Source: Nitrososphaerota archaeon
GTDB lineage: Archaea > Thermoproteota > Nitrososphaeria > Conexivisphaerales > Conexivisphaeraceae
DNA: 64,000 bases
Direction: 5' to 3'
Assembly (NCBI GenBank): GCA_009903775.1
Contig: WYEM01000040.1
Coordinates: 14,781-78,780, forward strand
The notes under the pieces were generated by a model. That model ran no database searches, was not told the DNA's origin, and saw only the letters and a list, made by a program, of their open reading frames with translations. Both the position numbers and the translations under genes were made by a program. Position 1 is the stretch's first letter. Every line of letters starts with the position of its first letter. Shown in pieces: positions 30,128 through 39,891 of this stretch.

Positions 30128-30777
30128 CTGCGCCCCACCCCCCTGAGGTAGGCCCTCACCAGCTCGGCCTTATCGCTCGGCAAGCCGCCGGCGGACTCGA
30201 GCCATGAGAGGAGCTCGCTTATCTTGGAGACCGCGTGCAGCCTTATCCCGGCCCTGGCGAGGTTCTCGGATCCGCCCTCCTCACGATCTATCAGCACGAC
30301 GGCGTGCTCCACGCGCCCGCCGGACGCCCTGATCGCCTCGGCCGCCTTGAGCAGGCTCCCGCCCGTCGTCACGAGGTCGTCTATGAGGACCACGGTGTCC
30401 CCCCTCGAGAGCGCCCCCTCTATCATCTTCATCTCGCCGTGCAGCTTCGGCGTCTCCCTGACGTATATGAGGGGCAACCTGGCCCTGAGGCTGACCGCCG
30501 TGGCCAGGGGGAGGCCCGCCGTGGGTATGCCGGCGACCTTCAAGTTGCCCAGGCCCACCTCGTTCTCGAGCACCTCCACATACATCTCGGCTATCCTCTC
30601 CAGCGCGCTGGGGTAAGATGGCAGGAGGCGCAGGTCTATGTAGTAGGGGCTCCTCCTACCGGACGACAGCACGAAGTCGCCGAACTTGAGCGCGCCGAGG
30701 CCCACCAGTATCGTGGCGAGCTCCTTACTGAGCACTGATTTCTTCTCCGCCCACAACTTGGTCTCCAGGCCGCACAT
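30124..30777 (-). CDS. pyrE: Orotate phosphoribosyltransferase
   Basis: FGDFVLSSGRRSPYYIDLR, YVR..PKLHG and IDDLVTTGGS motifs. Confidence 0.95.
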   Translation of the reverse strand: MCGLETKLWAEKKSVLSKELATILVGLGALKFGDFVLSSGRRSPYYIDLRLLPSYPSALERIAEMYVEVLENEVGLGNLKVAGIPTAGLPLATAVSLRARLPLIYVRETPKLHGEMKMIEGALSRGDTVVLIDDLVTTGGSLLKAAEAIRASGGRVEHAVVLIDREEGGSENLARAGIRLHAVSKISELLSWLESAGGLPSDKAELVRAYLRGVGRS

Positions 30778-30874
30778 CCCTGGGAGTGGGAGGGAGGGCG
30801 GCCGCAAAAGCTTTCCGCCGGGGGGAGGGCGGCCCCCACTAAGCATTTTATGGCCAGCGGGGTGAGAGGACAGC

Positions 30875-31729
30875 GTGCGGGCGGCCAGGGAGGCCCTGCT
30901 CTTCCTAGCGCTGGCGACGTTCTGGGGGCTGAACTATCCGCTCGTGAAGGTGGCGCTGGCGTCGGTCGCGCCGCTGCAGCTGCTGTTCCTGAGGCTGGCC
31001 ATAGCCATACCCTCCCTAATGGCGCTGCTGCCCCGCAGCGCCCGGCCCCCGGCCGGACTGAGGATCAACCTGCTCACGGCGCTCTTCGGCGCGCTGGACA
31101 TAGTGGCCATGCAGGCGCTGTGGTACTCTGGGGAGTCCGAGACCTCTCCGGCCACCGCGTCGATCGTGATCTACACTTATCCGATCATAGTGACGGCGCT
31201 CGGCGCAATACTCCTGGGGGAGAGGGTGACCCGGAGGCGCGCCGCCGGGCTGCTGCTCGGATTCCTGGGCACGGTCATGATCTTCTCCGGGGGGGCGGGG
31301 CCCGCCGACTCCGAGGCGTACGCGCTGCTTCTGGGCTCGGCCATCAGCTGGTCCCTCGCCACCATTGTGTACAGGAAGTACTTGAGGGGTGAGGACTTCT
31401 CGAGCGTGAACCTCTACCACATGATCTACGCCCTCCCGATGGCGGCGGCGCTCATGCTCTGGGAGGGGCCCTCTGCGGCCATCCGCTGGACGCCCTTCGC
31501 GATCGCCGCGCTCGCCCTCATAGGGATCCCGGGCACCGCGCTGGCATTCACGATATACGTATACATGTACTCCCGGCACGAGGTGAGCAGGGTGGCGCCC
31601 TACATGTTCCTGGTGCCCGCGTTCTCCATGATCTTCAGCTACGCGATCTTGGGGACCACGGCATCTGGCGCGGAGCTAGCGGGCTACTCCATACTCTCGA
31701 TCGGGATCTATCTGTCCGCGCGCGGCTAG
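30875..31729 (+). CDS. EamA/DMT-family transporter
   Basis: FWGLNYP..K, YTYP and LGE motifs; about 10 TM segments. Confidence 0.9.
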   Translation: MRAAREALLFLALATFWGLNYPLVKVALASVAPLQLLFLRLAIAIPSLMALLPRSARPPAGLRINLLTALFGALDIVAMQALWYSGESETSPATASIVIYTYPIIVTALGAILLGERVTRRRAAGLLLGFLGTVMIFSGGAGPADSEAYALLLGSAISWSLATIVYRKYLRGEDFSSVNLYHMIYALPMAAALMLWEGPSAAIRWTPFAIAALALIGIPGTALAFTIYVYMYSRHEVSRVAPYMFLVPAFSMIFSYAILGTTASGAELAGYSILSIGIYLSARG

Positions 31730-31759
31730 GGCGACAGCCGGCCCCGGGGGGCGCAGCGC

Positions 31760-31845
31760 TGGTGCGGGGGGTGGGATTCGAACCCACGAACCCCTACGGG
31801 ACGAGGGCCTGAACCTCGCGCCTTTGGCCGCTCGGCAACCCCCGC
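31760..31845 (-). tRNA. tRNA-Leu(CAG)
   Basis: Cloverleaf with long variable arm; CCA encoded. Confidence 0.95.
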
Positions 31846-32078
31846 GAGTCGGCATCGTTGGTTCCGTAGGCTCTTATAAGGGTTCTGAGCGGTGCCGCGG
31901 CTCCTTCACCTTAAGCTGACCCATCGGTGAGCCCAAATCCGAGGGGAGCGGGCTGGCTCGGGGGCGCTCGGGCGCCCGACTGGCTGCCAGCGCTCATGTT
32001 AATTCACGACTTCGCTTTCGAGGACGGGGACCTGGTGATGCCCCGTGGCTGGACGGGCCGCGCCCTCAGTCCGGAGCC

Positions 32079-32345
32079 TCAGGTTTCCCTTATCCTCTCG
32101 AGGTAGGAGAACGCGTTCCACAGCGTGACCCTCGCGTAGGAGGGCACGTTGGGATCCTGGGCGATCTCCTCCAGCGCCGCTATCGCGTTCGCGGCCCTGA
32201 CCGCCGGCGTCAGCGACCCGTCGTTCAGGACGTCTATGACGCCCTTTATGGAGCGCCTGACGTTCCTAGGGATGACGTTGTCGTTGGTGAGGGTCTGCAG
32301 AATGGCGATCGCCTGCCTGATGTTTTCGAGGTTCTCGGCCGACAT
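32079..32345 (-). CDS. UPF0147 family protein
   Basis: PRNVRR, VRAANAI..LEEI..DPN.PSYARV motifs. Confidence 0.9.
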   Translation of the reverse strand: MSAENLENIRQAIAILQTLTNDNVIPRNVRRSIKGVIDVLNDGSLTPAVRAANAIAALEEIAQDPNVPSYARVTLWNAFSYLERIRET

Positions 32346-32412
32346 CGCTCGACACCTCACGGGGCCGAGGAGGAGCACTAAACTTAAACATTACTGGGGG
32401 CTCGCAATCCGC

Positions 32413-32775
32413 GTGAGCTCCAGGGACACCAGCCGGCTCGTGGTGGAGCTCATGCGCCGCGGAGCCACGCTGCTCAGCGAGAGCTGCCCCACGTGCGGCG
32501 GCGTGATGCTGCGGTACAGGGGCGTGACGTTCTGCCCCAGGTGCTCCGGCTTCACGAGCGTCGAGGAAGTCGAGTCTACGCTCGTGGCCCCGGGCGACCT
32601 CCTGGAGAACCTCGAGAAGGTCCTCTACGAGGGCCTGAGGGACGACTTGCGCTCCCTGACGGGCGCCAAGGGGCACGAGGAGAGGGGCGCCCTGCTCAGG
32701 TCGCTGAAGGAGGAGCTCGAGGTGCTGGAGATCGTGCTTAGGCTCAAGGAGCTGAGAAGCAAGTCCGAGGGATGA
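32413..32775 (+). CDS. UPF0148/autoantigen-p27-like Zn-ribbon protein
   Basis: GATLL.ESCPTCG...FCPRC. Confidence 0.85.
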   Translation: MSSRDTSRLVVELMRRGATLLSESCPTCGGVMLRYRGVTFCPRCSGFTSVEEVESTLVAPGDLLENLEKVLYEGLRDDLRSLTGAKGHEERGALLRSLKEELEVLEIVLRLKELRSKSEG

Positions 32776-33587
32776 CCGCCGACTGCGTCGTGGACGCATC
32801 GTCCCTCGAGGAGCTGCTGTCCCTGGTCGAGGCGCGCGACCCGGCGGCCGTGCGCGCCGCCGCGGCGCTGGGATCCCCGGCGGGGCCCGAGCTCGCGCTC
32901 GCGTCCGCGCTGGCGATCGAGGGCCGCCGCGAAAGGAGGGGGACGTTCATAGTCGTGACCGGCATAGACAGGTCGGGGAAGGAGACGCACGTGTTCAACC
33001 CGCGCCACGTGGGGGGCGTCAGGCCCCTGGTCGACTTCATGCGCGACCTGGGGTACGACGCTATGGGCATTCGGCAGCCGGAGTATGATCTCCTGAGCGG
33101 GCAGCTGATAAGGTCTTACCTGGGGGCTGAGGGCTCGTGCAGGATCTCGGGGCGCCTTTCGCGGGACGTCGCCTGGATCCTCTGGTCGCTGAACAGGGCC
33201 CTCCTCAACGCTCCCGCCGCGCTCTGGCTGTCGGGCGAGGGCCGCGCCCTGGTGTCCAAGAGGTGGAGCGAGAGCAACGTCGCCTACCACGCGGCGCAGG
33301 GCGTGAGCCCGGACCGCATACTCTCCCTGGAGGGCAGGTTCATCCAGCCGGACCTCTTCCTGGTGCTGGACGTGGATCCTGAGGTATCCGCGCGCAGGAT
33401 GGAGGGGGACGCCGACACCTTCGAATCGAGGCTCGGGCTGCTCTCGGCGGCCAGGGCGGTGCTGATGGACCTGGGGAAGTATTTTCCGGGATCCACCGTC
33501 GTCAGGGTGGATGCTTCGCGCGAGCCCGGGGCGGTCAACCGCGAGCTTCAGCAGGCGATCAGGGACTTCCTCCGCAGGCGATCCTGA
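32772..33587 (+). CDS. tmk: Thymidylate kinase-like protein with N-terminal extension
   Basis: GIDRSGKET P-loop, KRWSESNVAY and PDL..VLDV motifs; ends CGA-TCC-TGA. Confidence 0.8.
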   Translation: MTADCVVDASSLEELLSLVEARDPAAVRAAAALGSPAGPELALASALAIEGRRERRGTFIVVTGIDRSGKETHVFNPRHVGGVRPLVDFMRDLGYDAMGIRQPEYDLLSGQLIRSYLGAEGSCRISGRLSRDVAWILWSLNRALLNAPAALWLSGEGRALVSKRWSESNVAYHAAQGVSPDRILSLEGRFIQPDLFLVLDVDPEVSARRMEGDADTFESRLGLLSAARAVLMDLGKYFPGSTVVRVDASREPGAVNRELQQAIRDFLRRRS

Positions 33588-33981
33588 ACCCCCCGCGGAG
33601 CTCCGCCGAGAACTCTGCCATCCCGCAGCCGGACAGGAGTCCCCTCACGCGCTCGTACTCGCCGCGCAGCTCCACGAGCGGTATGCCTCCCAGGGCGCAC
33701 CCCGAGATCAGCATCAGGTCGGCCCTCCTGACCAGGACGGCCGCCGGCGCGGCCCCCCTCGACGCCAGGGCGTACAGGACGTAGCTCCCGACGCTGCTGC
33801 CGGCGGGGTGTGGGAACATCAGCAGGGAGCCCCGGAGCTCCTCCCCCGTGCGGCGGAGCACGCCGCGCCGCACATCTATGTCCCCGAGGGGCGAGAGCGG
33901 CTCGTCCAGCAGGATGGGCCTCCCCCGCCCCCTGCCCTCCACGAGCACGCGTGCCCCCGCGGGGGAGCTCCCCTCATCCAC
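33559..33981 (-). CDS. DUF126 AcnX swiveling domain (phosphomevalonate dehydratase small subunit-like)
   Basis: PLS.LGDID..G, FP..AGSSVGSYVLY and APAA motifs. Confidence 0.85.
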   Translation of the reverse strand: MDEGSSPAGARVLVEGRGRGRPILLDEPLSPLGDIDVRRGVLRRTGEELRGSLLMFPHPAGSSVGSYVLYALASRGAAPAAVLVRRADLMLISGCALGGIPLVELRGEYERVRGLLSGCGMAEFSAELRGGFRIACGGSP

Positions 33982-35266
33982 CGCGGACCACCGCCGCGCG
34001 CCTGAACCTGTCCCTCTGATCCATGGGCGCGGTCGCGTCGAGCCCCCACTTGCTCGTGGTCAGCGTCGCCTGGTCGCTTGACGGATCCAGGGAGGATCCA
34101 CGCATCCCCTCCAAGATCACGAGGTCCCTATCCGGCTGGAACCTCGTGGCCAGCGCGAACTCCACCTCCTCCGGATCCTCGGGGTCCACGTCCTCGTCGA
34201 CCACCACGACCATCTTCAGCGAAGGATCGAACGTGAACGCGGCGATTATCGCCGTCCTGGGGTCGCTCTCCAGCCTCTTCTCAATCTGTATCACCGCGTG
34301 CAGCCAGCGCCCCCCGCCCTCCGTCAGCACCACCCTCCTCACGCCCGGGAGCACGTCCCCGAGCTGGCGCTCCAGCTTCACCTCGATCGGGAAGGACATC
34401 AGGAACCTGTGCTCGGGCCCGCCGGCCAGCAGGCCCCTGAACACGAACCCCTCGCTCACGTACATCCTGTCGAACTCCACGATGGGCTGCATCCTGGGCC
34501 TGTCGTAGAGGCCCAGGATGTCGACCATGGCGTCCTCGCCCTTGGCATCGTGCCTGATCCTCCCCTCGAGCAGCACCTCCGTCTCAAGCGGGACGTCCAC
34601 GCCCGCGAAGTCCGAGAACCGCAGGCTACCCCCGGCCATCGCGTTCGCTATCCACGCCTCGTACGAGCCGAATGGCGCCTGGTACGCCGCGGCCAGCTCC
34701 ACTATCGGGTTCGCCCCTATTTCCACGGCGATTTTCAGATCCTCGCCCCTCTCCCTGGCGCTCATGTAGATCCTGTGAAGATGGCGGTTTTCCACCATCC
34801 TTATCACACCCCTGCGGCCGTCCAGGACCCTTATCCTGTGGAAGGACGCGTTCATCGTGCCGCTATCGGGATCCCTCGCGAAGACGATCGCGCTGGTTAT
34901 GTAGCGTCCCGCGTCGCGCTCGTAGTACTTCGGGATCGGCAGCGCCTCGAGGTCGGGCTCCATGGGCCCCCTCATGCCGAGGTCCCCGAGGGATTCCGGC
35001 GCCCGGGGCTTGGCGGCCGCCTCGAGGAAGCGGCTCCTCAGATCCTCCTCCTCGATGCCCAGGGCGAGCGCGGCATGCCTCCGGCTGGACATCGTGTTGA
35101 ACGCGAACGGCGCGGCGTACCCGCGGACGCTCACCATGCCGGCCATTCCCCCCGATTCCGCGATCAGCGATGGGACGTCGCCCAGCCCGGCCTGCCCGAG
35201 CTCCCTGAGCTCGCCGGCCTCCCTGAGCCTGAGCAGGTGCTCCCTGAGGCTCCGCACCGGCTCCAC
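33974..35266 (-). CDS. UbiD-family decarboxylase (anhydromevalonate phosphate decarboxylase-like)
   Basis: DAGRYIT, NASFHR, EH..L, VDEDVD, ATRFQ and GSSLDPS motifs. Confidence 0.9.
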   Translation of the reverse strand: MEPVRSLREHLLRLREAGELRELGQAGLGDVPSLIAESGGMAGMVSVRGYAAPFAFNTMSSRRHAALALGIEEEDLRSRFLEAAAKPRAPESLGDLGMRGPMEPDLEALPIPKYYERDAGRYITSAIVFARDPDSGTMNASFHRIRVLDGRRGVIRMVENRHLHRIYMSARERGEDLKIAVEIGANPIVELAAAYQAPFGSYEAWIANAMAGGSLRFSDFAGVDVPLETEVLLEGRIRHDAKGEDAMVDILGLYDRPRMQPIVEFDRMYVSEGFVFRGLLAGGPEHRFLMSFPIEVKLERQLGDVLPGVRRVVLTEGGGRWLHAVIQIEKRLESDPRTAIIAAFTFDPSLKMVVVVDEDVDPEDPEEVEFALATRFQPDRDLVILEGMRGSSLDPSSDQATLTTSKWGLDATAPMDQRDRFRRAAVVRGG

Positions 35267-35321
35267 GCCGGACCTCCGGCGCCCTGGAATTAATTTATGG
35301 CGCGCCCGCGCGGCGTCCGCG

Positions 35322-35768
35322 TTGAAGCTGATACTCCTCCCCGAGGGCTCGGAGCTCGAGCTGGCGCGCCGGGCGGCTTCCCGCGAGTTCCTAGTGCTGG
35401 ATTACTCGGGGAGGATCGCGAGGCTCGCCCCGGAGGCCGCGATCGCGGCCGTCGACTCCTGGGACCTGGATTCCGCGCTCCTCGATCTCCTGCGCGCGCT
35501 GGGCGCCGCCGGAGCGCGCCCTGGCCTCTGCGCGTATTCGCTCTCAGCCCTCTGGGCGATATCCTACGCGCAGCTCGGCCTCAGGGGGTCAGTCCCCGCC
35601 CTGGCTTCGTTCGCGCTCAGGGCGAGCGCCGCCTCCAGGGCGCTGAACGTCCAGCTGTGCGTGGCCGCGGAGCACTGGTTTCAGAGGAAGCACCGCTACG
35701 TCTACAACATATTCAGGCACGCGTCCGACAGCGTCACGATAATGGGCGCCCCGGTCCGCCTCACTCGA
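35322..35768 (+). CDS. Hypothetical protein, possibly a degenerate RecA-fold fragment (CGA end; standard stop 35981)
   Basis: TATA box at 35289 and TTG start; without the CGA it runs about 220 nt antisense into PCNA. Confidence 0.5.
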
Positions 35769-36507
35769 CCCTGGGCGCCAGGTAGAACTCGATCAGGCTG
35801 CCGCGCTCGTCCAGCGGGAAAGTCAGCTTTATCGGCATCTTGCTGGAGAACTCGAGCGTCGCGACCTCCGCCGGCTTCACGCTCTTCACGAAGCCCGACA
35901 GGTACTCCAGGCTGTAGGTGGCCTCGCTCTGCTCCTTCACCTTCAGCTCGAGGAGGTCCGGGTCGCCCGTCGTCAGCTTGACCCTGGCCTGCCCGAGCTC
36001 GCTCTTGCCGAGGAACTCCATCGAGTCCTGCTGCGCCCTCAGGGTGACGTGATCGGAGACGGCCTCCACGTCCTCGAGGACCCTCCTTAGCGACCTCTGG
36101 AGGATCTTGGCCTCGACGTTGAACGATAGCTTGGGGAGCGGCCTCAGCGCCTCGCCGGCCTCCACGAGGGGCACCACGAACTCCCTCTCGTACCCGTCCT
36201 TCAGCCTGAACGTCAGAGCGCCCTCGCCCAGCTCCACGGTCACCTTGTCCTTCTTATCCGCGCGCTTCATGACCTTCCTGAGGTCGTCCACCCTCAGGGA
36301 TATCGTGGTGCTGGATCCGCACCTGTACTCCTCGAACGATGAGCTCGACCACGAGAGGCTGATCATCGCGACCCTGGACGGGTCCATGGCCCTCAGCGAG
36401 ATGCCCTCAGGGGACACCTCGAACGATGCCTCCTCCACCATCCCCGCCAGCGCGTCCGCGAGGGCCTTCCAAGCATCCGGGTTGGAGCTGACCATCCTGA
36501 AAGACAT
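35761..36507 (-). CDS. pcn: PCNA sliding clamp
   Basis: RAMDPSRV, YSLEYL and FYLAPRVE motifs. Confidence 0.97.
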   Translation of the reverse strand: MSFRMVSSNPDAWKALADALAGMVEEASFEVSPEGISLRAMDPSRVAMISLSWSSSSFEEYRCGSSTTISLRVDDLRKVMKRADKKDKVTVELGEGALTFRLKDGYEREFVVPLVEAGEALRPLPKLSFNVEAKILQRSLRRVLEDVEAVSDHVTLRAQQDSMEFLGKSELGQARVKLTTGDPDLLELKVKEQSEATYSLEYLSGFVKSVKPAEVATLEFSSKMPIKLTFPLDERGSLIEFYLAPRVE

Positions 36508-36632
36508 GCCGCGTGGAAATTCCGCCCGCCGTGGATATAAGCAGATCGCCCTCCGTTAACCTTAATAATGCGCGCCCCCGCGCGCCACAGGATCCGTGGG
36601 GGCGCCAGCGCGCCCCCAGAGGGGTGCTTCGT

Positions 36633-37757
36633 GTGTCGTTCGGCGAGGAGGAGCTCGGGGATCTACCTTTCCTGCAGGAGGCGGGGGACCTCCTGGTCAG
36701 GAGGGGCTACGCCATTTCGCTGTCGGAGCTGGCCGGGGGGCCCGGCGAGCCCTACGTGGAGCTGGGGCTCAGGAGGGCGAGGGCAGGCGTCATAGACGGC
36801 AGGCTGGACCCCGGGATCCTCCGCGGCGCGCCGCCGGAGCACAGGATACTCTCCTTCGTCATCGCGGCGCTGATAGTGGGCGCCACCGGGAACGCCTACG
36901 CCGCCAGGAGGTTCGCGCTGGCCGAGGCGAGGCACCTGGAGGGATTGCTTAGGGACCGCGCCAGGGCGAACAGGGGCGACGCCAGGACCCTGGTCTCCGC
37001 GATCTACTCCAAAGTCCTCGGGATGCGGCTGGAGCCCGTGGACCGCCTGATCGGCGCGGAGCTCTTCGAGGTGCGCCTGGGGCTGAGCGGGTACCTGCTC
37101 CTCTCCTCCTCGCTCGATCCGTCCAAGTGGGGCATAGTTGCCAGGGTCGTCGATGGCGGATACGTGTACATGAAGCTGGAGGAATCCATAAGGCTCCTGA
37201 GGGAGGGCGTCGCCAAGCACCTGGAGCGCCGCGTGCTCTCCGCCCGGGTCACGAGCCCTCCGGAGTGGCTGGTCGCAGCGGCCGCGGAGCTTTCGAGGGA
37301 GCTGGCCAGGGCCCGCCCCGCCGAGTCCGCCGCCCCGCCCGCCTCCAGCGGCGAGTACCCTCCCTGCGTGAGATCCCTGCTGAGGCGCCTGGAATCCGGG
37401 GAGAACCTGCCGCACTTCGCCAGGTTCTTCCTGGCCGCGTTCCTGGTGAACGCGGGGGTGCCGCTGGACGAGATCGTCGCGGCTTTCTCGCGCTCGCCGG
37501 ACTTCAACGAGAGGATCACCAGGTACCAGGTCGAGCACATAGCTGGCGCGAGGGGAGGCAAGCGCTACAGCGTCCCATCGTGCGCCAAGCTGGAGGCGCT
37601 GGGCCTCTGCGCGCGCGACGCGACCTGCGACGGCGTGAGGAGTCCCCTCGCCTACCTGAGGCGCAGGAGGGGCGGGGGCCAGCCCCGGGCCGGGGGTGAG
37701 GAGGGTGGAGGGAGGCCTGGGAGAAGGGGAGATAGAATTCCTGAGGACGAGCTATAG
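36633..37757 (+). CDS. priL: DNA primase large subunit
   Basis: LPFL, RRFALAE, PPC, H.ARF, PDFNE.IT.YQVEHI and Y..PSC motifs. Confidence 0.93.
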   Translation: MSFGEEELGDLPFLQEAGDLLVRRGYAISLSELAGGPGEPYVELGLRRARAGVIDGRLDPGILRGAPPEHRILSFVIAALIVGATGNAYAARRFALAEARHLEGLLRDRARANRGDARTLVSAIYSKVLGMRLEPVDRLIGAELFEVRLGLSGYLLLSSSLDPSKWGIVARVVDGGYVYMKLEESIRLLREGVAKHLERRVLSARVTSPPEWLVAAAAELSRELARARPAESAAPPASSGEYPPCVRSLLRRLESGENLPHFARFFLAAFLVNAGVPLDEIVAAFSRSPDFNERITRYQVEHIAGARGGKRYSVPSCAKLEALGLCARDATCDGVRSPLAYLRRRRGGGQPRAGGEEGGGRPGRRGDRIPEDEL

Positions 37758-38841
37758 GGAGTACTACTACCGCCACTCGTCCTCCCTCTGGATCCCCCCG
37801 CGCCTGGAGTCGCGGGAGATAGGGTTCCTGACGTTCGAGGGTCACTTCAAGCGCCACATGCGCGCCGGCACCCCCGGGGAGCTCGTCGGCGCGGTGCTCC
37901 GCGAGGTCCCGTGGGGGATATTCTACTCCGTGTCCTACTACGAGGATCCCGGGAACCCCGACATGGACGAGAAGGGATGGCTCGGCGCCGACCTGGCGTT
38001 CGACATAGACGTCAAGGACCTCCATCCGGCCTGCATGGACGCGCACGACTTCTACGCCTGCGCTGACGGCAGCGTGCGCCCCCTCTCGGATGGCGCCCTC
38101 CCGGGCTGCCGCAGGGTGGACTGGGTCTGCCCGAGCTGCGTGGAGGCCGGCAGGAGGGAGGTCCTCAGGCTCCTCGACCTGCTGCAGCGCGACCTGGGAG
38201 TGCGGCCCGACTCCATCTCCATCTACTACTCGGGCCACAGGGGATTCCACGTGCACGTGGAGGACGAGGGGCTGCGTGACCTGGGCAGGGAGGCCCGGGC
38301 CCAGATAGCGGATTACGTCTCGCTCAGCTCCTACGATCCCGCGTTCTTCGCCCGGCTCCTGCCCCTGTCGGAGGGGCACCTGGGGACCCTCGTGGGGTGG
38401 CCCGCGCGCGTAGTGGAGGCCCTCCGCGCCAAGTACGGCGTGCCCCCCACGCGCCCCGCCCTCGAGGCGCTGGTCGGCGGCGATCTCAGGGCCGCCATAG
38501 ACGCGGCGGTCGCCGCTGTCAGGGTGCGCATAGATCCGCAGGTCACGGTGGACATATCCAGGATCTTCAGGATGCCCACGTCCCTCAACGAGAAGACCGG
38601 CATGTCCAAGCTCCCGTGCGCCGACATAATCGCGTGCGACCCCCTGACGGAGGCCGCCGTGCTGAGCGAGGAGCCCGTGAAGGTGGAGGTGTCCTACGCC
38701 CCGAAGCTGCAGCTGAAGGGCTACACTTATGGCCCATACAGGCGCTCGACGCTCAAGCTGCCGGGCTTCGTCGCGGCGTTCCTCGTCAGCAAGGGCGTCG
38801 CGAAAATCGTTAAATCGCGAGGGGGCGCATCGGGGCCGTGA
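37696..38841 (+). CDS. priS: DNA primase small subunit
   Basis: REIG, GADLAFDID, YSG.RGFH and ID..VT.D..R.FR.P.SL motifs; in-frame CGA at 38818. Confidence 0.95.
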   Translation: MRRVEGGLGEGEIEFLRTSYREYYYRHSSSLWIPPRLESREIGFLTFEGHFKRHMRAGTPGELVGAVLREVPWGIFYSVSYYEDPGNPDMDEKGWLGADLAFDIDVKDLHPACMDAHDFYACADGSVRPLSDGALPGCRRVDWVCPSCVEAGRREVLRLLDLLQRDLGVRPDSISIYYSGHRGFHVHVEDEGLRDLGREARAQIADYVSLSSYDPAFFARLLPLSEGHLGTLVGWPARVVEALRAKYGVPPTRPALEALVGGDLRAAIDAAVAAVRVRIDPQVTVDISRIFRMPTSLNEKTGMSKLPCADIIACDPLTEAAVLSEEPVKVEVSYAPKLQLKGYTYGPYRRSTLKLPGFVAAFLVSKGVAKIVKSRGGASGP

Positions 38842-39401
38842 GCCAGGGCCAGCACAGGCTGGAGGAGTTCCTAGCTGCCCTCTCAAGGGAGGCGGGCGCG
38901 GAGGACCTCGTGGCGGCCGACGCCGACCTACTGATCAGGGCATCCATCGTGCTCCAGGAGCTCTCGGTGCAGGCCGCGCTGGGGGCCCCCGGCTCCGACG
39001 TCATATCGAGTTTGGCCGAGTACGGCGCCTCCGTGGGCGGGTCCCTGCTGGAGCTCCGGCTCTCGAAGGCCGTCGACCGCGTTTCCGAGAGAGGGATCGC
39101 GCCCCCATCCGGGCTCCCGGAGGAGAACTTCGTGAGCGGGCTCCTGGAGGAGGCCGCCTCGAGGGCCAACCTGCTGAAGGAGGCCATCCAGGGCGGCAGC
39201 CCGCTGGCGATCCTCGCAGCCCGCTGGGAGGCCTCCAGGGACATGGTAACGGTCCGCGCCGAGCACGAAGTGCCGGCCTTCAGGGGGGTAGACTTAAATA
39301 GCTACGGCCCGCTGTCGCCCGGCGATGTGGCGATGATTCCTAGGGAGGACGCCAGGGCGCTCATATCGAAGGGCCTGGTCGAGGAGGTGGTGGTGCTGTG
39401 A
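38838..39401 (+). CDS. GINS15-like replication protein
   Basis: C-terminal VPAFRGVDLNSYGP..PGDVA.IP..A..L..KG; position after priS. Confidence 0.8.
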   Translation: MSQGQHRLEEFLAALSREAGAEDLVAADADLLIRASIVLQELSVQAALGAPGSDVISSLAEYGASVGGSLLELRLSKAVDRVSERGIAPPSGLPEENFVSGLLEEAASRANLLKEAIQGGSPLAILAARWEASRDMVTVRAEHEVPAFRGVDLNSYGPLSPGDVAMIPREDARALISKGLVEEVVVL

Positions 39402-39697
39402 AGGTGCCGAACGTGATCGTGACGTACTGCCCCAGGTGCCGCAAGCACACGGAGCACAGCGTGAGCCTCTACAAGAAGGGGAAGGACCGCAAGCTGGCCT
39501 GGGGCGCCAGGCGCCACGAGTGGGAGAAGAAGGGCTACGGAGGGCAGAAGGAGCCGGAGCTCAAGAGGACCGCCAAGACGACCAAGAAGCAGACGCTCAA
39601 GCTCAAGTGCAAGGTTTGCGGGCACGTGACGATGAGGGAGGGCATCCGCCTGAAGAAGCTGGAGATAGTCGAGGCCGGGAGGGCCAAGGGAGAATGA
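39398..39697 (+). CDS. rpl44e: Ribosomal protein L44e
   Basis: YCPRCRKHTEH, GYGGQ and KTTKK motifs. Confidence 0.97.
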   Translation: MKVPNVIVTYCPRCRKHTEHSVSLYKKGKDRKLAWGARRHEWEKKGYGGQKEPELKRTAKTTKKQTLKLKCKVCGHVTMREGIRLKKLEIVEAGRAKGE

Positions 39698-39891
39698 GGA
39701 GGGAGCACGTGCTCATACCGCTGCCCAGGAGCGCGTTCCTCCTGGTCAAGTGCCCCAGCTGCGGTGCCGAGCGCGTGGTGTTCTCCCATTCCAAGGTGGT
39801 CGTCAAGTGCCCCAGCTGCGGTGCCGAGCTGGCGAGGCCCACTGGTGGAAAGGCGAAGATCCTGGGGGAGATAATCAGGAGGCTTGACTGA
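39694..39891 (+). CDS. rps27e: Ribosomal protein S27e
   Basis: PRS.FL.VKCP.C...VFSH and PTGGKA motifs. Confidence 0.96.
   Translation: MRREHVLIPLPRSAFLLVKCPSCGAERVVFSHSKVVVKCPSCGAELARPTGGKAKILGEIIRRLD

Noticed and set aside
31900-32075. Intergenic region with a GC hairpin and a short ORF
   Set aside because: No recognisable RNA or protein motif, and such hairpins are expected at this GC content.
37660-37757. CGG or CAG as additional stops (PriL and Rpp21 tails)
   Set aside because: Both codons are common inside conserved genes. The 62-nt PriL/PriS overlap contains no CGA, which shows that not every long tail is explained by CGA.
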